The notes under the pieces were generated by a model. The model was given only the letters and a program-made list of their open reading frames with translations, had not been told where the DNA came from and did not search any database. A stretch of 49,911 nucleotides of DNA from a bacterium (GTDB lineage: Bacteria; Patescibacteriota; Minisyncoccia; Minisyncoccales; PEYH01): positions 1-49,911 of the forward strand of contig JAGHAC010000046.1 of assembly GCA_021161645.1 (NCBI GenBank). Direction: 5' to 3'. The translations under genes were made by a program, and so were the position numbers. This document shows, one piece after another, positions 44,429 through 49,911 of this stretch. The number at the start of each line of letters is the position of its first letter. The stretch's first letter is position 1.

Positions 44429-45933
44429 GAAGCAACACACAAATTATTCAAAGACCGCCTGTAGTATGTATATTAGGCCATGTGGATCATGGTAAATCTT
44501 CGCTTTTAGAAGCAATTAAGGATTTTAAAATTACCTCTAAAGAGTCGGGAGGCATTACCCAGCATATCGGCGCATATGTGGTTGAGCAGAATGGTAAAAA
44601 GATTACATTCTTAGATACGCCCGGACATGAGGCATTTTCTGCTATAAGGTCACGAGGGGCTCAGGTAGCAGATATTGCTATTTTGGTAGTTGCCGCAGAT
44701 GAAGGAGTAAAGCCGCAAACTATTGAGGCTTATGAATGTATTAAGAAAGCAGAAATTCCTTTTTTGGTGGCAATCAATAAAATAGACAAACCCGAATCAA
44801 ATCCACAAAAGGTTAAGAATGAGTTAGCTCAACATGGTATTTTTGTTGAGGGGATGGGAGGAGATGTACCGGTTGTAGAAACTTCGGCAAAGACAAAACA
44901 GGGCATTAACGATTTATTAGAGATAACACTTTTGGTGTCTGAAATGCATCCCCAAAAAGTTAACCTTGATGTTCCGGCAAGAGGCGTTATTATAGAAGCT
45001 TTTCTGGATTCTCGGCGTGGTCCAGTAGCAACTCTTTTAATAAAAGAAGGTATATTAAAAAAGCAGGACATAATAGCAACTCCTACTTCTTGCGGGAAAG
45101 TGAGGATTTTGGAAGATTTTTTAGGTAGTCCTCTTAAAGAAGCTTATCCTTCTACGCCGGCTTATATGATGGGGTTTGAAGAAGTGCCAAAAGTTGGAGA
45201 GAGATTTATGGTTTTTGATGATCTTGAAAAGGCAAGGGAATTTGTTATAAAAGAAAGAGAAAGAGAAAAAGAAAAAGAAAGAGAGAAAAAACAGAACGCA
45301 TATTTAGCCGAAGAAGGAAAAGAGGTTTTAAACCTCATAATAAAAGGAGATGTAGTAGGCTCAATTGAGGCAATAGAACAATCAATAGAGAACATTCCTC
45401 AGGAAGAAGTGTTCACCCGCATTTTAAAAAGTGGGGTAGGTGATATTACAGAAGATGATGTAGTTTTGGCTGACTCTGCTGGTGCCAAAATCGTCGGATT
45501 TCGCACGAAAATTTTACCTGAGGCAGCAAAAATAGCAGATCAGAAAAAAGTAGAGATCTATATTTTTGAAGTAATTTACGATCTTATCCAAAAAATAAGA
45601 GAGATGATTAAGAATATTATTGAATTGCAGGTTGTCAGAGAAGATGTGGGAAGGTTAAGAGTATTAGTAGTATTTCTCTCCGAAAAAGATAAACAGATTA
45701 TAGGGGGAAGAATATTCCAAGGAGAAATGTATAAAGGATTAGAGGTAGAAATTTTTAGAGAAGAAAAGAAAATAGGTCAAGGTAAGATTATTAACCTTCA
45801 AAAAGAGAAAAAAGATATTGAGAAAGGAAATCAAGGAGAAGAAATTGGTATTTTGCTGAAAACTTCTACAAAGATAAAGGAAGGCGATGTCTTGGTGGCA
45901 TTTACTCTTAAGCAAAAGAAGGCAGAATTTTAA
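44425..45933 (+). CDS. infB: Translation initiation factor IF-2 (lacking the N-terminal domain)
   Basis: 'RPPVVCILGHVDHGKSS', 'GGITQHIG', 'DTPGHEAF', 'NKID'. Confidence 0.96.
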   Translation: MRSNTQIIQRPPVVCILGHVDHGKSSLLEAIKDFKITSKESGGITQHIGAYVVEQNGKKITFLDTPGHEAFSAIRSRGAQVADIAILVVAADEGVKPQTIEAYECIKKAEIPFLVAINKIDKPESNPQKVKNELAQHGIFVEGMGGDVPVVETSAKTKQGINDLLEITLLVSEMHPQKVNLDVPARGVIIEAFLDSRRGPVATLLIKEGILKKQDIIATPTSCGKVRILEDFLGSPLKEAYPSTPAYMMGFEEVPKVGERFMVFDDLEKAREFVIKEREREKEKEREKKQNAYLAEEGKEVLNLIIKGDVVGSIEAIEQSIENIPQEEVFTRILKSGVGDITEDDVVLADSAGAKIVGFRTKILPEAAKIADQKKVEIYIFEVIYDLIQKIREMIKNIIELQVVREDVGRLRVLVVFLSEKDKQIIGGRIFQGEMYKGLEVEIFREEKKIGQGKIINLQKEKKDIEKGNQGEEIGILLKTSTKIKEGDVLVAFTLKQKKAEF

Positions 45934-46253
45934 TGAATAAAAAGAAAATCGAAAAATTTGCCAGCATTATTCAAAAAGAGTTGGGAGAGATTATTCTCAG
46001 AGAAATTGACCTCCCAAGAAATAGTTTTATTACTATAACAAAAGTAGTTGTTTCTCCCGATAAAAGAAAAGCAGAAGTTTTGGTAGGCGTTATGCCTCCC
46101 AACCACACACAAGAAACATTGAGGCTGCTTTTGCGAGAAAAAAAACATTTAAGAAGCTTACTTGCGCATCGTTTAGATATCAAAAGAGTGCCGGAGATTC
46201 ATTTTTTGGAAGATAAAGGTTTGAGAATAGGAGAACTTTTACAAAATATTTAA
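45933..46253 (+). CDS. rbfA: Ribosome-binding factor A
   Basis: 'ITITKVVVSPD..A.V' and 'RVPEIHFLED', following infB. Confidence 0.9.
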   Translation: MNKKKIEKFASIIQKELGEIILREIDLPRNSFITITKVVVSPDKRKAEVLVGVMPPNHTQETLRLLLREKKHLRSLLAHRLDIKRVPEIHFLEDKGLRIGELLQNI

Positions 46254-46324
46254 GTTTATAAAAGCTCTGCACTAGAATAGTTGTGAGATGGTTTTTCTTT
46301 TATGGCTTGGTTGACTTGAATTTA

Positions 46325-46396
46325 GGCCAGGTAGCCAAGTGGTAAGGCAAGGGTCTGCAAAACCCTTATACGCGGGTTCGAGTCCCGCCCTGGCCT
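46325..46396 (+). tRNA. tRNA-Cys(GCA)
   Basis: Acceptor GGCCAGG/CCTGGCC, anticodon loop CT-GCA-AA, U73. Confidence 0.95.
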
Positions 46397-46398
46397 CA

Positions 46399-46438
46399 CA
46401 ACTCGGAATATCGACATTTTGACATATCGACGTTTCGG
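46399..46438. repeat. Degenerate 8-bp tandem array between tRNA-Cys and tRNA-Leu
   Basis: CAACTCGG-AATATCGA-CATTTTGA-CATATCGA-CGTTTCGG; resembles the array at 31471-31510. Confidence 0.65.
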
Positions 46439-46441
46439 TTT

Positions 46442-46526
46442 GCCGGGGTGGCGGAATTGGTAGACGCGAGAGACTTAAAATCTCTTGGGGTGATCCCCCG
46501 TGCGGGTTCAAGTCCCGCCCCCGGCA
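46442..46526 (+). tRNA. tRNA-Leu(TAA)
   Basis: Acceptor GCCGGGG/CCCCGGC, anticodon loop CT-TAA-AA, long variable arm. Confidence 0.95.
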
Positions 46527-46528
46527 CA

Positions 46529-46580
46529 GGGCGGTTAGCTCAGTTGGCTAGACCTGCCTGCCGGCAGGCAGGGCGTGCGC
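46529..46580 (+). pseudogene. 5' half of a tRNA (Val/Ile-like) interrupted by a 20-bp palindrome
   Basis: GGGCGGT-TA-GCTC-AGTTGGCTA-GA[insert]GC-G-TGCGC. Removing 46553-46572 restores the D-stem GCTC/GAGC. Confidence 0.75.
46553..46572. repeat. Perfect 20-bp palindrome CCTGCCTGCCGGCAGGCAGG (REP-like insertion)
   Basis: Fully self-complementary and GC-rich, inserted within a tRNA D-stem with no target-site duplication. Confidence 0.85.
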
Positions 46581-46583
46581 GAC

Positions 46584-46657
46584 GGGCCCGTAGCTCAGAT
46601 GGCTAGAGCGCTTCGTTGACGTCGAAGAGGTCGCGGGTTCAAATCCTGCCGGGCCCA
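46584..46657 (+). tRNA. tRNA-Val(GAC)
   Basis: Acceptor GGGCCCG/CGGGCCC, anticodon stem CTTCG/CGAAG, loop TT-GAC-GT. Confidence 0.94.
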
Positions 46658-46703
46658 CATATAAGAACTAAGAGATGTTTCTGTCAAAACAAAAGATTAC
46701 AAA

Positions 46704-46730
46704 GTCGGAGGTTTGAATCCTCCACGTCCA
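46704..46730 (+). pseudogene. 3' tRNA remnant (T-arm plus acceptor strand)
   Basis: GTC-GGAGG-TTTGAAT-CCTCC-ACGTCC-A: intact T-stem with a mutated T-loop (TTT for TTC). Confidence 0.55.
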
Positions 46731-46737
46731 CATAAAT

Positions 46738-46809
46738 GCCGGAGTGGTGTAGCGGTCTGCACGTTGCTCTGAAAAAGCAAAGGTCCCAGTTCGACTCTGG
46801 GCTCCGGCA
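46738..46809 (+). tRNA. tRNA-Phe(GAA)
   Basis: Acceptor GCCGGAG/CTCCGGC, anticodon stem TTGCT/AGCAA, loop CT-GAA-AA. Confidence 0.9.
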
Positions 46810-46817
46810 CAAAATAA

Positions 46818-46892
46818 GCGGGAGTGGTGTAATGGCAACACGCTTCCTTGCCATGGAAGAGATTGCGGGTTCAAATCCCGTCTCCCGCTCCA
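46818..46892 (+). tRNA. tRNA-Gly(GCC)
   Basis: Acceptor GCGGGAG/CTCCCGC, loop TT-GCC-AT, U73 and encoded CCA. Confidence 0.95.
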
Positions 46893-46912
46893 TTACCGGC
46901 CAAAGAAATATT

Positions 46913-46936
46913 GCAAGGTTTGACCTTGCTTTTTTT
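46913..46936 (+). terminator. Intrinsic terminator of the tRNA cluster
   Basis: GCAAGGT-TTG-ACCTTGC followed by T7. Confidence 0.85.
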
Positions 46937-46956
46937 ATTGCGGAGTTAACAAACTC

Positions 46957-46985
46957 TTGACATATTAGTTTTAATTCTGTATCAT
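46957..46985 (+). promoter_or_regulatory. Sigma70 promoter for the 3D-domain gene (very short leader)
   Basis: TTGACA-17 nt-TATCAT ending 11 nt before the ATG at 46997. Confidence 0.6.
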
Positions 46986-46996
46986 AGAACAACTTT

Positions 46997-47491
46997 ATGA
47001 GTATTTTCAGAAAAGCGATTTTTGGGATTTTTCTCCTCTTTATTGTAATAGGAGCGGCTTTGCCTTTCATCGGAAGGGCTCTTGCTGACGAAGAAAAACC
47101 GATAATGAATTCTATAAAAACGCTCCCAAAAGAGGAAAATATTGTTGTTCAGAATAATACAGTTTTGAGCAATACAGCTCATTATTATAATAAGCCAACG
47201 GCAAAAATTTCTGTGGTTGTCACAGGATATTCTTCAGACCCACTTGAAACAGACGATACTCCATTTATCACCGCTTCAGGAACATTTGTCAGAGAAGGGG
47301 TGATAGCGACAAACTTTCTTCCTTTTGGAACAAAAATCAGAATTCCCTCTTTATTTGGAGAAGAAATTTTTGTAGTAGAGGATAGAATGAATCCTCGCAA
47401 AAAGTTTCAAATAGATGTGTGGTTTCCCACGAAAGAAGAAGCGATTAATTTTGGAGTTCACAAAACTTATATTGAAGTTTTAGAACAATAG
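46997..47491 (+). CDS. 3D-domain (MltA-like) cell-wall protein
   Basis: Signal peptide, 'TGYSS', 'ITASG', 'LPFGTKI', 'VEDR', 'IDVW'. Confidence 0.88.
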   Translation: MSIFRKAIFGIFLLFIVIGAALPFIGRALADEEKPIMNSIKTLPKEENIVVQNNTVLSNTAHYYNKPTAKISVVVTGYSSDPLETDDTPFITASGTFVREGVIATNFLPFGTKIRIPSLFGEEIFVVEDRMNPRKKFQIDVWFPTKEEAINFGVHKTYIEVLEQ

Positions 47492-47515
47492 AAAAAGAAA
47501 GCCGTTGAAGAATAC

Positions 47516-47542
47516 AAACCCCGTCTTTTGACGAGGTTTTTT
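47516..47542 (+). terminator. Probable intrinsic terminator
   Basis: AAACCCCGTC-TTTT-GACGAGGTTT followed by further Ts; one mismatch in the stem. Confidence 0.6.
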
Positions 47543-47584
47543 ATGCTTGAAAAAAGAGTCAAACCAACTTATGATAAATAGAAT

Positions 47585-48151
47585 ATGATTTATTTTATTA
47601 AGGGTAAAGTCCTCAATAAAAAGAAAGATTATATTATCTTAGAACATCAGGGGATAGGGTTTAAAATTTATCTCTCAGAAAAAAATTTAGAGAGATTGCG
47701 TGAAGGAGAAGAAAAAACAATATATACACATCTCGCTTTCAGAAATGATAAGATTGAGCTTTATGGGGTGCTTTCCCAAGAAGAATTATATCTTTATCAG
47801 ATTTTTGAGAGAATATCGGGCATAGGACCTAAAGGAGCCTTAATTCTTGCTTCTGTTGGTAGCCTCCAAGATTTTAAAAAGGCGATTGAAGAGGGAAATC
47901 TTGATTTCTTTGAAGGTATTAAAGGGATAGGCAAGAAGAAAATTCAAAAAATTATTTTGGAAATAGGCGGAGAACTGAGAAAAATCTCAAAAAAGAAAGA
48001 TAGAGAAATAAATCGAAAAGCGTTAAACGCTTTGGTTTCATTGGGTTTTGGTAAGGCAGAAGCAAAAGAGGCATTGATTTTAATTCCAAAGAAAATAAAA
48101 AAGACAGAAGAGCAAATTAAAGAAGCCCTTAAAATTCTTTCTCAAAATTAA
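47585..48151 (+). CDS. ruvA: Holliday junction DNA-binding protein RuvA
   Basis: 'MIYFIKG', 'GIGFKI', 'LYG', HhH motifs 'ISGIGPKGA' and 'IKGIGKK', and 'ALVSLGF'. Confidence 0.94.
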   Translation: MIYFIKGKVLNKKKDYIILEHQGIGFKIYLSEKNLERLREGEEKTIYTHLAFRNDKIELYGVLSQEELYLYQIFERISGIGPKGALILASVGSLQDFKKAIEEGNLDFFEGIKGIGKKKIQKIILEIGGELRKISKKKDREINRKALNALVSLGFGKAEAKEALILIPKKIKKTEEQIKEALKILSQN

Positions 48152-49450
48152 ATGCTTCTAAAACCAGCAATAAAAAAAGTGCTCCCCCAAAAAGCTTTGA
48201 GAGGGTATCATTATTTATTGGCTTTTTTAGGTTCTTTGATATTTGCACAGCCTTCAAAAGGTTTAACTGTTATAGGGGTTACGGGAACCAATGGTAAGTC
48301 TACTACGGTAAAGATGATTTCTCAAATTTTAGAAGAAGCAGGGTTTAAGACGGCTTATACTTCCTCAATAGAGTTTAAAATAGGAAGGAGTGTTTGGCAG
48401 AACAGATTTAAAATGACAATGCCGGGCAGATTTTTTCTTCAGAGTTTTTTAAGAAAAGCAAAAAAAGCAGGGTGCCAATATGTAATTATAGAAGTTACTT
48501 CAGAAGGGATTAAACTTTTTCGTCACAAATTTATAGATTTTGATATTGCTCTAATTACCAATTTAAGGCCAGAGCATATTGAGAGCCACGGGAATTATGA
48601 AAATTATAAAAAAGCCAAAGGAGAGCTTTTTAAATCTACAAAGAAAATTCATATTATAAATTTAGACGAAAAGGAATCAGAATATTTTTTAAGTTTTTCC
48701 GCGCAAGAAAAATGGGGATATGGAATAAATTTTGACAGCGCCAAACATAGAGAAAAGATAAAAATTCTTCAAGCCAGAGATGTCCAGGTTCAAAATCAGG
48801 GAGTGGAGTTTTTAGTTAAAGGAGAAAAAATTAAATTGTCTCTGAAGGGCAAATTCAACATTTATAATGCTTTAGCAGCAATTTGCGTTGGGCTTTCTCA
48901 GGGGATTGATATAAAAACGATTAAGCGGGGGCTTGAAAAAATAGAAAAGGTATCTGGAAGATTGGAAGAGATAATTTCTGCTCCTTTTAGAGTATATGTT
49001 GACTATGCTCATACTCCCGATGCTCTAGAAGAAGTTTATGCTACCCTGAAGAAAGAATTGTCTCAAAGAGGAAAGTTGATCTGTGTTTTGGGTTCGTGTG
49101 GGGGAGGAAGAGATAAGTGGAAAAGGCCGCTTATGGGAAAGATTGCTGAAAAATACTGCGACAAAATCATTTTAACCAACGAAGATCCATACGATGAGGA
49201 CCCAAAAGATATTATTGAAGACATAACAAAAGGGATTAAGAAAAAAGATAGAGTTGTAAAAATTCTTGAAAGAAAAAAAGCAATTTTGGAAGCGATCAAA
49301 GAAGCCAAGCTAAATGACATAGTAATTATTACAGGTAAGGGTTCTGAACCATGGATGTGTGTAAAAGGTAACAAGAAAATTCCCTGGGACGATAGAGAAA
49401 TTGTTAAGGAAGCGTTTCAAGCATTAAGTCAAACCTATGGAGAAATTTAG
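48152..49450 (+). CDS. murE: MurE-type Mur ligase
   Basis: 'GVTGTNGKST', 'EVTSEG', 'TNL..EH', 'VDYAHTPD', 'GGRD..KRP.MG', 'GKGSE'. Confidence 0.88.
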   Translation: MLLKPAIKKVLPQKALRGYHYLLAFLGSLIFAQPSKGLTVIGVTGTNGKSTTVKMISQILEEAGFKTAYTSSIEFKIGRSVWQNRFKMTMPGRFFLQSFLRKAKKAGCQYVIIEVTSEGIKLFRHKFIDFDIALITNLRPEHIESHGNYENYKKAKGELFKSTKKIHIINLDEKESEYFLSFSAQEKWGYGINFDSAKHREKIKILQARDVQVQNQGVEFLVKGEKIKLSLKGKFNIYNALAAICVGLSQGIDIKTIKRGLEKIEKVSGRLEEIISAPFRVYVDYAHTPDALEEVYATLKKELSQRGKLICVLGSCGGGRDKWKRPLMGKIAEKYCDKIILTNEDPYDEDPKDIIEDITKGIKKKDRVVKILERKKAILEAIKEAKLNDIVIITGKGSEPWMCVKGNKKIPWDDREIVKEAFQALSQTYGEI

Positions 49451-49841
49451 AGTTCTTCCCCACACAGCAGATCTTAAAATTGAGGTTTTTGGCAAAAACC
49501 CAAAAGAGTTGTTTAAAAACGCAATGGTCGGGATGTTTCGGGCAGCCGGTTATATTGGCGAGGGAGAAAGTTTAAAGCGTAAAATTAAATGCGAAGGTAT
49601 GGATTTGCCGTCTCTTTTAGTTTCATTTTTGGACGAAGTTCTTTATTTAAGCGAAGCATACGAAGAAGTTTATACAGGAATTAGTTTTAGTAATTTTTCA
49701 GAAGAGCAATTGGAAGGAACTTTGACGGGTCAGCCTCTAAAAAATAGAGAATTAGTAATAAAGGGAGTTACTTTTCATGAACTTGAAATAGAAAAACAAA
49801 AAGATGGTAAATTCAAGGCGGTAATTCTTTTTGACATATGA
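49437..49841 (+). CDS. Archease
   Basis: 'HTAD', 'FLDEVLY', 'IKGVTFHEL', and C-terminal 'FDI'. Confidence 0.92.
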   Translation: MEKFRVLPHTADLKIEVFGKNPKELFKNAMVGMFRAAGYIGEGESLKRKIKCEGMDLPSLLVSFLDEVLYLSEAYEEVYTGISFSNFSEEQLEGTLTGQPLKNRELVIKGVTFHELEIEKQKDGKFKAVILFDI

Positions 49842-49911
49842 TATTAATAGAAAAAACTACCAATAGAGAGGCTTTCATAGAAAAAGCATTTGAACAGGCA
49901 AAAATTTACGA
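49838..49911 (+). CDS. Start of an unidentified CDS running off the window
   Basis: ATG overlaps the archease stop (ATGA); the frame is open as MILIEKTTNREAFIEKAFEQAKIY. Confidence 0.5.
   Translation, partial: MILIEKTTNREAFIEKAFEQAKIY

Noticed and set aside
31463..46438. Short repeat arrays interpreted as CRISPR
   Set aside because: The units are 8 bp with no unique spacers, and no cas genes are present.
46738..46809. Reading this tRNA as Gln(CTG)
   Set aside because: Stem pairing TTGCT/AGCAA sets the 7-nt loop as CTGAAAA, giving anticodon GAA (Phe).
46272..47070. ORFs 46272-46511, 46668-46874, 46684-47070 and 46736-46960
   Set aside because: They are shadow frames over GC-rich tRNA genes, and their translations are typical antisense-tRNA peptides.
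180..49374. Numerous 60-130-aa ORFs nested in or antisense to long genes
   Set aside because: They are fully overlapped by well-supported CDSs, have alternative start codons, and show no recognisable motifs.

Overview
An AT-rich, gene-dense bacterial chromosome segment spanning the replication origin (jag-yidC-rnpA-rpmH | dnaA-dnaN). The gene content points to Patescibacteria/CPR, probably Parcubacteria; this is an inference from the short IF2, stand-alone PolA 5'-3' exonuclease, monoderm-type T4SS-like locus, type IV pilus operon without a secretin, and scarce Shine-Dalgarno sites. From left to right: a chromosomal T4SS-like cluster (VirB2-like pilin fusions, VirB6, PrgI, VirB4) interrupted by an SPFH gene; oriC; a class A PBP; ruvC-yebC-LTD-ruvB; a second PilB-family ATPase; a signalling set of two histidine kinases and three receiver-only regulators; a type IV pilus operon; tyrS, infB and rbfA; seven intact tRNAs; ruvA, murE and archease. 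The most notable observations are: (1) a ~117-nt highly structured ncRNA candidate behind a perfect TTGACA-17-TATAAT promoter (21541-21657); (2) a tRNA relic interrupted in its D-stem by a perfect 20-bp palindrome, with an intact tRNA-Val lying between its apparent 5' and 3' halves, and a hairpin-flanked GIY-YIG gene nearby; (3) VirB2-like pilins carrying large Cys-rich or crystallin-like domains; (4) a hyperacidic miniprotein with its own promoter and terminator; and (5) dispersed 8-bp-period TCGA arrays. No CRISPR array, rRNA, integrase or transposase was seen. All family assignments come from reading motifs, not from database searches.
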